From contig NC_086099.1 of assembly GCF_963921235.1 (NCBI RefSeq), forward strand, positions 87,296,001 through 87,360,000: 64,000 nucleotides of DNA, read 5' to 3'. The position numbers were made by a program, and so were the translations under genes. Position 1 is the stretch's first letter, and each line of letters starts with the position of its first letter. This stretch comes from Mobula hypostoma. Taxonomy: Eukaryota. Positions 10,786-23,255 of the stretch are shown in pieces. Below the pieces are notes generated by a model. The model was not told the DNA's origin, searched no databases, and saw only the letters and a list, made by a program, of their open reading frames with translations.

Positions 10786-10948
10786 GTGGCAGTTGGAGTG
10801 AAGATTAGGGAAATATGGGATTATAGGAAAAATAAAGGTGTATACTATTTTTAAATGGGGTGTGAATTCAGAAATCAGAGGTACAAATGGATTTGGGAGT
10901 CCTAGTTCAGGATTCCTTCAGGATTAACTTGAAGGGTATAGTAGTAAG

Positions 10949-11189
10949 TGTTATGTTTTGTAACTTCAAAACTGATTGAAAGAAAAACATGGAGCCGGAG
11001 ATAACTCATGTACGACTTTGTTCTTTACTATAATGAGTTGTGCACTTATGACAGGAGGCATACAGACTTATGCCATTCGAGTACTTTTACATTTAACCCC
11101 AATAAATTATGCAAACAACAAAGAATGCTTAATCAAACAATATATTTACAATGTTATTCAAGTATTACTGAAATATTAAATACACAACA
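10949..11189 (-). repeat. 3' LTR of Gypsy element
   Basis: tgttatgttttg ... aaatattaaatacacaaca, similar to 16580-16829. Confidence 0.9.
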
Positions 11190-13910
11190 GTCTACCTTGC
11201 TTAGCTATAAAATCCAATTCAATATAGAATGTATCTCAACTCAATTATATAATGCATTGCTGTCTAGTCTTAAGTATATTTATTTATCTGTTTGTTTATT
11301 TATTTATTTTTATGCTCATAACGCAGTATACTATCAAATATAACTACCGTACACACATCCGTAGCATAATACATTTTAAATCGTCCCATTCAGGCCTAAA
11401 GATTTAATCTCTGTGGAGGATTTCTTAGTCTTGTAGGGCAGCATCTTTCCTGACAAGGGGATCACTGTGCTTGGCAGGAAAGTCTTGTGGCTTCCTCTGT
11501 GGTGATTGTAGGTATTGACTCTGGGACTACAGGAAGTGCTTCTGACTGCTCTAGGCACCCCCTTTCTCTAACAATTGACTCCAATCTCTTCAACTGGTCG
11601 ATGTGTCATCTCTAGATGACCTCAGTCACAATCTCCATTGTGTCAGAGAGTGGTCCAGTTCTGTCCTTGATCTTTCTAAATACCCACCCTTGGTCACCTC
11701 TGTAATCCCTCGCCAGCATTCCTTGTCTAGGAGTGAAACCTCCTTGTTTGAAGACCCCTTAATTTGTCTCAGCCCTCTGTCCTGCTTTATCCTTCTGAGA
11801 TTCTGAGAAGATCCAAGCAAGAGCACAAAGGGTGACCTAGGAACAGTGTGGCTGGTGAGTTGTTGGTCGTCAAGTGTGCTGCATTGCAAAATGTAAGAGG
11901 GAAATTGGAGAGCTTCAGATTCAGTGTGAGCGTAGTGTTTTCTGCTGACATTGCATTCTTTAGACTCTGGACAAACCTTTCCACCAAGCTATTTGTAACA
12001 TGTCATTTTCATTTCATTTTCAGGAATGACTGAAACTGTTCCATAACAAACTGTGGCCCATAGCCACTGCTAAGTGATCTTGAACACCAGTCCTTGAGAA
12101 GGATTTCTCAACACAACAGCAGTGTGCAAGGCTGTCATGGAGGTTACTGGGAATACTTCTGGCAATGTGGTATCTGCATCCACTACCACCAAGAAACCTG
12201 TGCCCACGAATGATCCGACAAAATCCACATGAATCCTCTGCCAGGGCATTGCAAGCCATTTCCAGGGATGGAGAAGCACTGCTCTTGCCATCTTCTGGGC
12301 CTGTTAGCATCCCACCCAGTACATGACAAGATGCTCGATCTACTGATCTATCCCAGGCCACCAGATAAAGCTTTAATCCAACACCTTCATTTTGACCGTG
12401 CCTAGATGACCAGCAAGTAGCTCCTCCAACACTCAGCTTGGATGGTACAACAACCCTCAATTCCCACATAAGGCAACCCCCATCAAGGGCAAGTTCACCC
12501 TGAAACCCCCATCAAGGGCAAGTTCACCCTGACGCTGGTGAAAATGAGGGAACTGGAATTTCTGCTGTCCATTCCAGCCATTTTGGGCAGCCATGTAGAC
12601 CTCAGCCAGTGTGGGATCTTTTCTGGTTTCGCTTTTGATTATCTCTGCCATAGTAGAGGAACTTTCAATTTGCTTTAGGTCGAATATATTGAGAGGAATG
12701 CCCTCTTCTGTAAATTTTTCTTGTTTTCCTTTTCCAAAGTAAACAGGACAATCCATCAGCATTTCTGTGATTAATTGTCCTTTTGAATTTGATCTTGTAA
12801 TTGCATCCTCCAAGAAACAGAGCCTGCTTCTACATTCATGCTGCTTCTGTGAGTGGAACACCCTCTGTGGGTTGAAAATGGACTTTAGTGGGTGCAGAGA
12901 GTAATGAGGGTAGATTGTCTCCCGTACAAGTACTGGATGAAACAGTCTACACCCCAGAACAGATTCGCTGTCTCCCTGTCAATTTGTGCGTAATTTTTCT
13001 TTGCAGTGGTAAGGGAATGTGATGCAAAGGCTGCAGGGTGATTACCTCCATCACTCAAATCATGTGATATGACTGTACCTATACCACAAGGCAAGCTTCA
13101 CTGGATGAAGTGAATCATAATGTGTGAGTGCAATGTCTGACGTCACCACTGCTTTGTCCATTTCCATTTCTTCCCAGTCCGTAGTCATGAATTTAAGGGG
13201 TGGAGCACAATAGCCTGGTTTGGCAGGAACCTGTTAGAGTAATTGATAAATCCTAGAAAGGATCCACAACTGTGACGTGTTCTTTGGTCTTGGAGCATCC
13301 ACCACTGCTTGAATTTTCTCAGCACATTTGTGTAAATCTTATGCTTCAATGGTGTGATCACAGTAAGTGAGGGCTTGGTTTAAAGAATTCACACTTGTCA
13401 CATTGTACCCTGAGCCGATAATCTTCTAATCTTTTTAACAGGGTTTTAAGATATTGGAGATGTTCCTTTTCATTCTTACTGGTAATACTGATGTTATCCA
13501 GGTAACACTGAGTGCGCCTGGTCCATAACTTCCTGCCATAGTGCTACTGAAGTTGCCACTATAGGCCTATTATAGTGATGTAGCTCTTTCTGAGTGTTTA
13601 TGATGAGAAACACTCTGACTCTTCTTCCATCTCCACCTGTAGGTAGGCCTCAGCTAAGTCCACTTTGCTGAAGTATTTTCCTCCAGAAAGGTTTGTGAAG
13701 ATCGAAGAAATCCTGTATCCTGGTCAGAGCTACTGATCTACATTCAGTACTGGGTTGACAGTGACCTTAAAATCACCACAGTTCCTGACAGACCCATTCT
13801 TCTTGGCTACGAGGAGCACTGGCATTGCCATGGGTTCCACTCAATCTTGGGAAGAATTCCTTCAGCCTCCATTCCATCTGACTCACTTGCTATCTTTATC
13901 ATGGATGATA

Positions 13911-15006
13911 TAGTCATAGTCATAGTCATACTTTATTAATCCAGGGAGAAATTGGTTTTCGTTGCAGTTGCTCCATAAATAATAAATAGTAATAGAACCA
14001 TAAATAGTTAAATAGTAATATCTAAATTATGCCAGTAAATTATGAAATAAGTCCAGGACCAGCCTATTGGCTCAGGATGTCTGACCCTCCAAGGGAGGAG
14101 TTGTAAAGTTTGATGGCCACAGGCAGGAATGACTTCCTATGACGCTCAGTGCTGCATCTCGGTGGAATGAGTCTCTGGCTGAATGTACTCCTGTGCCCAC
14201 CCAGTACATTATGTAGTGGATGGGAGACATTGACCAAGATGGCATGCAACTTGGACAGCATCCTCTTTTCAGACACCACCGTGAGAGTGTCCAGTTCCAT
14301 CCCCACAACATCACTGGCCTTACGAATGAGTTTGTTAATTCTGTTGGTGTCTACTACCCTCAGCCTGCTGCCCCAGCATACAACAGCAAATATGATAGCA
14401 CTGGTCACCACAGACTCGGAGAACATCCTCAGCATCGTCTGGCAGATATTAAAGGACCTCGGTCTCCTCAGGAAATAGAGACGGCTCTGACCCTTCTTGT
14501 AGACAGCCTCAGTGTTCTTTGACTAGTCCAGTTTATTGTCAATTTGTATCCCCAGGTATTTGTAATCCTCCACCACGTCCACACTGACCTCCTGAATGGA
14601 AACAGGGGACACCGGTAGCTCTCCTCAGGTCTACCACCAGCTCCTTAGTCTTTTTCACATTAAGCTGCAGATAATTCTGCTCACACCATGTGACAAAGTT
14701 TCCTACCGTAGCCCTGTACTCAACCTCATCTCCCTTGCTGATGCATCCGACTATGGCAGAGTCATCCGAAAACTTCTGAAGGTGACAAGACTCTGTGCAG
14801 TAGTTGAAGTCCGAGGTGTAAATGGTGAAGAGAAAGGGAGACAAGACAGTCCCCTGTGGAGCCCCAGTGCTGCTGATCACTCTGTCGGACACACAGTGTT
14901 GCAAGCACACGTACTGTGGTCTGCCAGTCAGGTAATCAAGAATCCATGACAGCAGGGAAGCATCCACCTGCATCGCTGTCAGCTTCTCCCCCAGCAGAGC
15001 AGGGCA
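13911..15006 (-). mobile_element. Rex1/Babar LINE 3' fragment nested in Gypsy pol
   Basis: STGAPQGTVLSPFLFTIYT...KFSDDSAIVG RT; C-terminal HPLHNVL...RLIPPRCSTERHRKSFLP; (gactat)n tail at 13911-13930. Confidence 0.9.
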
Positions 15007-16579
15007 GATGGTGTATAGGAACTGGACCAACTTTGCAAAACTTAGGTATGACATTTTAATTTGCACTATTTTACCTTGGATATGTTTGAGTTTTTCAATG
15101 CCATTATTGAACACTGCTACCGTTTCTTCCAGCACCTTTCTTAATTTGCTTTCAGTTGACTCCATTGCAGGGAGTGTGGCATGCAAATAGTTGATGGATA
15201 TCCAATCAAGTTGCAGTTGTCTCAGCCAATTGTGACCCTAGGATGCTGGCCCTCCTGTTTTGACCACATACAAACTCAGTGTGGCTTGTTGGTTGTTGAG
15301 TTTTACTGTTAAAATTGTCATTCCCAAAGGAGTTATTTTCTCCAGTTTGAGTCTTTAGTTGGATATCTTCAAGCTTCAGTTCAGTGTCAATGAAACACCA
15401 TTCAAACTCATTTTGTGGAATGACTAAAACAACTGAGCCAGTGATCAATCCAATTTCAATTAATTTGCCATTCACTTCTGGTGTAAACCATATTGCTTGA
15501 TTCCTGTTAGTTTTCAGATTCTATATCTCAAAGGTACCTAGTCCTGTGTCACTCTCATTATTATCATATTTTTCAACATTAGTTCTCTTTTTGAAATTGC
15601 AACTTGACTTTTTATCTTTTTCTCTTTCCTGCACAGTCCATTTATTTTTGTCTGCCTGACCTTATATTTGTCCTTCTTTGTTGCATTTTCTGCAAATTTC
15701 ACCTTTAAATCTGCATTAAATCTGGTGGATCTGACCCTCCCCCACCCCAGCACAATGGTAACACAATTTGTTCAGCCAGACAGGTTTCTGTTTAGATATT
15801 CTAATTTCGTTCATGCTCACTTTCTTTGCTGACTGCAACTCAATTGCATATCTGTCTGCAATTTCCATTGATAAACTAATTTCACCTCTCTTTTAAAAGT
15901 GGGTTGCGCTTCAGTTAGGGATCATTTTTAAATGCTTTCTTGTAAGATTTCACAAACTAAATGATCTCTCAGTGCATCATTAATCCCATCACTGAACTGA
16001 CAGTGCTCAGGCAAACTCCTCAATTTAGCCACGTAAGCTGAAATGGTCTCCCCTTACTTTTTGATTCTGCTTATGAAATCTAAGACGTTCTGCATTAACA
16101 GTGGTTTTGGTTCTAAATGTTCCTGTATTACTTTCATGATATCAGCAAAGCTCCTTTCAGCTGGTTTGGTTGGAGCAGTTAAACTTCTAAGAAAACTGCA
16201 TCTCTTCCACCAATTACACTCAGTAAAACTGGCACTCACTTTTCATTGGCTACTTAATTTACTTTAAAATACTGCTCAATTCACTCAGTATACATATTCC
16301 AGGTATGGGTCATGTTATCAAACACTTCTATCTTTCCAATGTAGCCAGCCATTTCTGCTTTTTTTATTTATGATTATTATCACCTAGTACTGGTTGTTTA
16401 TGAACCTGTAAATTTTGACTGTTTTCTGCCTTTTACACTAACTCGACCAACTCTCTCCTTTTTCAAAAAAACATGCTGTGCTTAACTGTTACCCTCCTCT
16501 TGCAAAGAAAAAAATTGTATGGCACTTCAACAGGTTAAGTAGTCACCTTGGATTAATTTTAAAACTTACTCATCACCTC

Positions 16580-16829
16580 TGTTATGTTTTGAAACTCTAA
16601 AACATAAAACAACTTGAAAGAAAAACACGGAGATAACTCATACGTGACTTTGTTCTTTACTTTAGTGAGTCACTAAATGACTTATGATGTGGTGACGTAA
16701 TAACATATGCCATTCATGTACTTTTACATATAACCCGTAATGAATTATGTAAACATCAAAGAATGTTTAATCAAACAATATATATATGCAATATTACTTA
16801 AATATTACTGAAATATTAAATGCACAACA
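16580..16829 (-). repeat. 5' LTR of Gypsy element
   Basis: tgttatgttttg ... aaatattaaatgcacaaca, followed on the minus strand by a degenerate PBS (gaggtgatgag). Confidence 0.9.
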
Positions 16830-17484
16830 GTAAGGAAAGCAAATGCAATGTTAGCATTCATTTCAAGGGGACATTATAAAAACAAGGATAAACTGTAAAG
16901 AATTTATAAGACAGTTAGTCAGAATGCATTTGAAATATTGTAAGGAATTTTGGACCCCATATCTAAGGAAAGATGTGCTGGCCCTAGAAAGAGTCCAGAG
17001 GTGGTTTACCAGAATGATCCTAGGAATGAAAGATTTAATGTATGAGGAGAGTTTGATGGCTTGAAGTCAAAATAATGAAGTGGATGGAGTTTGCGGGCGG
17101 GGGAACTCATTGAAGCCAAACAAATGCCAAAAAGCCTGGACAGAGTGGACATGAAGAGATTGTTTCCTTTTGTAGGAGAGTCTATGATCTGAGGGAAAAG
17201 CCTCCGAATAAAGGAATGTCCCACTGAGATCAAGAGGAATTTATTCAACCAGAGGCTGGTGAATTGTGTAATTCATTTCCATGGAGGATTGAGGAGACAA
17301 ATTTAAGACAGACTTCATGAGCTGAATTGCCTAATTCTGCACCTATATCTTATGGTCTATACCACTGGGCTCCCAGTTCTCTTCCTGGTACTCCCAATGG
17401 CCATTTGCAAATTATATTTCCCAAGTGGTGGAAGTCTTTATAGCGACACAGACTGAGACAATGAAAGTACCCCAGAAATACAAT

Positions 17485-18000
17485 TATGCAGATTCTGAGA
17501 ACCTACAATTGCTCTGCAGGTCAGGCTCTATGCAGAGAGAAACAGAGTTAATGCTTCAGGCAGAACTGGGAGCAGAAGTTTTAAGATGCGAAGAATGACA
17601 GAAAGAAGGGAAGGTCTGTGATCAGGTGTAGAGCAGGAGAGTGTGAATGACAAAAGCAATAATGGGGTTGTTTCTCAAAGGGTGGGAAAAGCAGTGGTAA
17701 ATAGCAAGAACATCTGGAGGAAATATTAATAAGGCGTGGAACAAATATGAGATCAGCAACCATAGAAAGGATAACATTCAAAACAATAAATGCTGGCATG
17801 TAAAATGCAAAAATTGAAATTACTAAATTCAGTATTAAGTCCAGAATGTTGTAATCTACCTGGGCTAAAGATAAGATGCTGCAACGTGAGTTTACAATGA
17901 GTATTATTGGAACGCTGTGGCAGTCCAAAGCCAGAGAAGTCCAAACAGAAGTGTGTTGGAAAATTGAATTACTTGGCAAGTGTAAGCCGTGAGCCACGCT
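17485..18000 (-). mobile_element. older, diverged Penelope-like 3' fragment
   Basis: KLTLQHLIFSPGRLQHSGLNTEFSNF resembles the C-terminus of the younger copies (LEEQHLIFRLGSLQPDGMNIDFSNF). Confidence 0.65.
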
Positions 18001-18020
18001 TACAGATTAACAATTTGTAC

Positions 18021-18216
18021 GGGCTGGTGGTGTAGTGGCATCAGCACTGGACTTCAAGGCAGATGGTCACGAGTTCAAACCCAGACGGGTCCCAACCTGG
18101 GCAGCAGCAGCATCTGCGCAGAAGAAGGGCCTGGCAACCTACTTCCGTATCCTGCCATGAAATTCCTATGGAACATGAGGTCATGAAGAGTCGGACTGAA
18201 TGACTGAACAACAACA
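18021..18216 (+). mobile_element. tRNA-derived SINE with RTE/BovB-like 3' end
   Basis: A box tggtgtagtgg, B box gagttcaaacc; then ggcaacctacttccgtatcctgccatgaaattcctatgg ... aagagtcggactgaatgactgaacaacaaca. Confidence 0.7.
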
Positions 18217-21200
18217 GAGGGAATGATAAACGGGTTCAAAGGGTTTAGATCAGTGAGGGAAAATATACACTCCAACATTGCTGCAGGGTATTTTATTAGA
18301 GTGATAGGTGATTTATTGTAAGTGATAGGAAAAGGAAGCATAAAATATATAAAACACTGTCTAAAACAATGCGTAAAATAATTAACAAAACATGTCCGCC
18401 TCCGTCCGCTACGTAATGGTAAGAATTGACAAAACAACAAGTCTAAAACAGAGTGCAGAGTAATTAATACAGCAGCAAGGCTCACACAATTTTCTACCCA
18501 TTGAGGACTCCAACTTATGATGACTGGCCTGGAAACTGTTAGGTATCTTTGGCATCGATCACAATTCTGGTCCGTGGACAAAAGTCTGAAGAGCTTGCTC
18601 ACTGTTAACACTTATACAATCAAGAAAGCTTACACTTCTTTTCTAACCTATGCATTCCAAGGTGCTGCAATGCTAAAATTAATTATGTCTTAATGAGAGA
18701 TTTATAGGGAAGATTCTATGTTCCCACCAGAACTAGTCTCACTGTTTCCAAAAAATCTTGTCAGTCAAGACTTTACTTTGACAACTGCAATGCTCATCCT
18801 TGAAAAAGAAACCAAGTTATCCCATTCCCTTGGCGGCTTACATCAGTCTAGGCACTTGACAAGGTCCCACATGGGAGGTTGATCAAGAAGGTTCAGTTGC
18901 TCAGCATTCAGGATGAAGTGAATTGGATTAAACATTGTCTTTGTGGCAGAAGCTCAAGAGTGGTAGTGGAGTGTTGCCTTTCCGACTGGAGGCCTGTGCC
19001 TAGCGATGTGCTCAAGGGATCAGTGCTGGTCCTTTATTGTTTGTCATCTATACAGTATCAATGAACTGGATAATAATGTGGTTCACTGGATCAGCAAATT
19101 TGTGGATGACACCAAGATTAGGGGTGTAGTGGACAGTGAGGAAGACTATCATGGCTTGCAGAAGGATCTGCATCGTCTGGAAAACTGGGCTAAAGAAATG
19201 ACAAATAGAATTTAATGCAGACAGTGCGAGGTTTGGTACTTCAGTAAGAGCAACCAGGGTAGGTCTTACACAGTGAACGGTAGGTACTATGGAGTGCAGT
19301 TAAACAAAGGGATCTGGGAATACAAGTCTATAATTTGTTGAAAGTGGCATCACAGGCAGGTAGGGTCATAAAGAAAGGTTTGGCACACAGTGGCGTATCT
19401 AAGGTATGGCACGTGCCCTGGGCGCCACTTGAAGGGGGGCTCCACTGAGCAGTTTCTATTAAAGTCAGACAAGCCATCCTCGGATAGTGAAAAAGGAATT
19501 TTCTTCAGATGTATGATCTGCCTTTGATTATCATGGGTGAGAAGCACTAGGATGCCTTATTTCAGAGCATTGTATAAGAAGACCATGAAACATTTCTTCA
19601 CGAAGAAGAAGGAAAGTGGAGCTGAACGATGGAAGAGACGAAAGTTGAAGGCGGAGGAAGCCAAGTATTCGAGCAAGTTCTTCATGCCCTTCTTTGCAAA
19701 GCCCGGAACAAGTAGTTCGACACATTCCATAGAGTCGCCTGCATCTGCTACAAGTTTGTTAGAATCCGAAGGTGGATCAAGTACAAATGCGTCACAAGTC
19801 GAGGAGGAAGTCAAGTCAGATAAACCTGAGTATGACGAGATTAAGAGTGAGGCTGCCACAGAGAATGTGGACATGACAGGAGGGGAAGACGATGGTGGTG
19901 GTGGTGATGTTGAGTTTATTGACGAGATTTTACTTGATGAGATTTTACCTGACGACACTGAACCTAGTGAACTGGATGGTGTCAAAGAGCCTCGAACTGT
20001 CATAACAGAAGTGATTGAACAGCATGACATTGGACTTCTGAAGTTCGACAAGGATACTGGAAAAACAATTCTGCCTGATGCGTTGAGAACAGAAATAATA
20101 AAACTGGGTTCAAAGTATTTTCAGAACAGTGAGGGACCTTTCCTACTAACAAATAACCACTCAATGAATAAAACTTGGTACAAGAGGAAATTGGGAAATG
20201 ATCATGGTGAGGAAGTGACTCACCCATGGCTGGTCTATTCCCCTTCTAAAAAGTCTACATTTTGTATCTGTTGTCTTCTCTATTTCCGGTCAGACCATCA
20301 ATCCTCATTGGAACAGGAAGGTGGATTCAACCAGTGGAAAGCACCTGAAAGGATTAGTGTTCATGAAAGTGCCAGGAATCATCGGGAACTCTTCACACAG
20401 TGGAAAGAAATGGAAAGAAATTTAGCTGGAAACAGAGGAGTTATTGACACGGTATTTCAGTCACAGATTGAGAAGGAAAAGCAGAAGTGGCGTGATATCT
20501 TGACGAGAATCCTTCACTGCATAAAATTCCTTGTGACTCAGAACCTGGCTTTGTGAGGACACAGGGAGTCACTTCAGCTAGACAATGACTCCAATGTGGG
20601 AAATTTCCTTGGCTTACTGAAACTACTGGCCATCTTTGACCCTGTCATAAAAGAGCACCTCACTCATTTGGAAAGTCATCTTGGATCCACGTCTTATCTT
20701 TCACCAGGTGTCCAGAATGAATTCATCCACATGATGGCATCCACTGTTTGCCAGAGTTTACTAAGAAGCATTCGTAAAGCCAAGTACTCATGTTCGACCC
20801 GACTCCTGATCAGGCACACCGTGAGCAGATGTCAGAAGTAGTGAGGTATGTGGAAGTTGATTTTGAGAGGAAAACAGTCCGTGTTAGAGAGTCCTTCCTT
20901 GGTTTTATCCAGATAAGCCAGAAGGATGCTGAGAGCTTGGTTGAAGACATCTTGAAACAGCTAGAGAAGGACGAAGTGGAGCTACAAGATTGTCGGTCAC
21001 AGTGCTATGACAATGCTGCTGTGATGGCTGGACACAGAAGTGGTGTTCATCAAAGAATAAGTGAGAAAAACAACCTGGCAGTGTTTGTGAATTGCGACAA
21101 TCACTCATTCAACTTGGTGGGTGTACATGCAGCCAAGCAGGATTACAATGATGGTCACATTTTTTGGAACAATCAAAGCTCTCTACTGTTTTTCCCTTGT

Positions 21201-22055
21201 TCAACAGCGCTGGGAAAAACTCAAAAATGCCGTGCCTGTGGTTGTTAAGTCGGAGTCCAAAACCAGGTGGAGTGCAAGGACAGAAGCAGTGAAGCCCGTC
21301 AACAAGTACCTTGAGGAGATACTTCAAGTTCTCCAGGACATGATAGACAATGAAAACGAGACCATTGAAACAAGAAGTGATGCAAGGCAGCTGTACAACT
21401 GCATGTTGGGTTACGATTTTCTGATTTTGCTAGGATTTTGGAACAAAGTACTCATTCGCATTGACCGTATTCAAAAGAGGCTGCAGGATCCTAGGATGAA
21501 CTTCCACGATGCTGCCCTGGATTTGAAAGCCATCCAAGATCATTTTTATGATGAAAGAGAAGTGTTGGGCAGTGAGTCACTCGAAGAAGTCAGTTTTTGT
21601 CAAAAATGGAATATTGAAGTTGAAATACATCAGAGACAAAAGAAACAAATGGCTGATGAGAACTCGAGCGATGCTGAGTTAACAGCTAAGGAGGAAATGG
21701 AAAGAGTCACAAAGGGAACACTCGATCGACTTCACAGAGAAATGGACGAAAGGTTTGCTCGTTTGCATGACACTGATGCCAAGTTTGGCTTCCTTCTCAA
21801 TGTCGAGGGACGTGTTACAGCGCCGACAGTAACAACCTAAAGAAGAAGTGTGAAAATTTGGGTGAATTGTACAGCTCTGATGTTGATGGACAGCAGCTAT
21901 ATCAGACATCCCACCTCTCCCGGAAGTTCCGGGAGTCTCCTGCATATCGATAGTGGCTCCCTGACGCCTGGAAATTATATACAATATCCCGGAAATAGAT
22001 TTTTTTGAGAGGAAGAGGGAGAGCGAGCATCCTGATTGGTCTCTCTTCATGCTAA

Positions 22056-23255
22056 GAGTGGTCCCCAACCACCGGGCCGCGAGGAAACAATATGATTTGG
22101 CGATGTGAAATGATATGAGTCAGCTGCACCATTCTCCATTTCCTGTCACGCACTGTTGAATTTTAATGCACGTGAGGTCATCAGTGACCCAAGACGTGCA
22201 AAGGAATGGGTCCGTGACCCATTTGTGAATGTTCCCAGTGAATCATCCATGTCAGCGCGGGAAAAAGATCAACTCCTCGAGCTTGCAAATGACGGTGGGC
22301 TAAAACGTATGTTTGACATAACATCTCTGCCAGCATTCTGGATCAAAGTCAAGGCTGAATATCCTGAGATAGCCACGAAAGCACTGAAAACGTTGCTTCC
22401 ATTTCCAACATATTTCTGCGAAGCAGAGTTTTCTGAAATGAATGCAACAAAAACTAAATTGCGGAATAGACTGGACATAAGGAACCCCCTTCGAGTATCG
22501 CTGTCTCCCATCACCCCTCGATAGGACCGTGTTGTTGAATGAAAACAAGCCCAGGGCTCCCACTGATACAGTGATATTGGTGTGTTGCAATGATTTTATA
22601 TGTTTATACGGGGAAAATATGTACTGTGTGTTTAATATCCAAACGTTACTTAAAACTTTATGATGCTATTGACTTATAAGTGACTTATAATTCAGTGGTC
22701 CCCAACCTCCAGGCCACAAAGAATACAGCGGTGGCCGAAACGCACCCAGCACATCTTTAAGAAAAAAGCCGAAATAAACAAGCGAATTAATTAGGTGCTG
22801 CCCCATGTAAATGTTGGCCCAGATCAGAGGCGATTGCCGATTGCGTCATCTCTGATCTGGGCCGACATTTACGTGCCAGGCAGTACCTAATCAATTAGCT
22901 TGTTTATTTTGGCTTTTTTCTTAAAGATGTGCTGGGTGCATTCTGGCTACCACTGTACCGCTGCATTCTTCGTGGCCTGGAGATTTGGGACCACTGTTAT
23001 AATTGACTTATCACTACATTCATGCGAGGAAAATATGCGCTGTGTGTTTAATATTAAATTCGTTAGATAAACCCCTTTACAAACGAAATTGAATGTATTA
23101 GCCACTTACAAGTGACTTATAGTTGACTTATCACCCATATTCCGGTCGCGTTTAACACCCCCCGCCCCCGCCCCCCCCCCCCCCCGTCGGCCAGTCCGCA
23201 AGAATATTGTCAATATTAAACCAGTCCGCGGTGCAGAAAAGGTTGGGGACCCCTG
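22056..23255 (+). mobile_element. hAT-Charlie/Buster deletion derivative
   Basis: TIRs (g)agtggtccccaacc / ggttggggacccctg. Transposase C-terminus EWVRDPF...FWIKVKAEYPEIATKALKTLLPFPTYFCEAEFS...KTKLRNRLD (22156-22524). Confidence 0.9.
22693..22996. mobile_element. palindromic MITE (Charlie-type TIR)
   Basis: 304-bp near-complete inverted repeat, cagtggtcccca ... tgggaccactg. 8-bp TSD ttataatt at 22685-22692 and 22997-23004. Confidence 0.93.

Larger units (their letters stand above)
10949..16829 (-). mobile_element. Gypsy (Mag-like) LTR retrotransposon, full-length but decayed
   Basis: TG...CA LTRs at 10949-11189 and 16580-16829. 5-bp TSD gtaag (10944-10948, 16830-16834). gag (MAGYIGKIEVFD; RSLTAPTKPAERSF), protease, RT, RNase H (AFASHSLTTAKKNYAQIDRE) and integrase (WQRIHVDFVG; VERFVQSLK) remnants. 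Confidence 0.93.
8522..17360 (+). mobile_element. old CR1 LINE 3' part, split into pieces (about 8522-8645, 10785-10948, 16830-17360)
   Basis: RT-like DLEEGTNGIRGKFVNDTK; gatttgggagtcctagttcagga; gtaaggaaagcaaatgcaatgttagc continuing across the Gypsy TSD; 3' tail aattgcctaattctgcacctatatcttatggtct. Confidence 0.75.

Noticed and set aside
12477-12532. 29-bp tandem duplication (also a 21-bp one at about 48550-48592)
   Set aside because: Simple local duplications in dead or AT-rich sequence with no further structure.
14539-15186. 215-aa ORF
   Set aside because: Accidental fusion of Gypsy pol with the inserted Rex1 RT.
18021-18095. tRNA gene
   Set aside because: No convincing acceptor stem or oligo-T terminator; it continues into a SINE body.
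19537-21840. Domesticated ZMYM1-like host gene
   Set aside because: Bounded by TIRs and an 8-bp TSD, with stops, frameshifts and nested insertions: a dead transposon.
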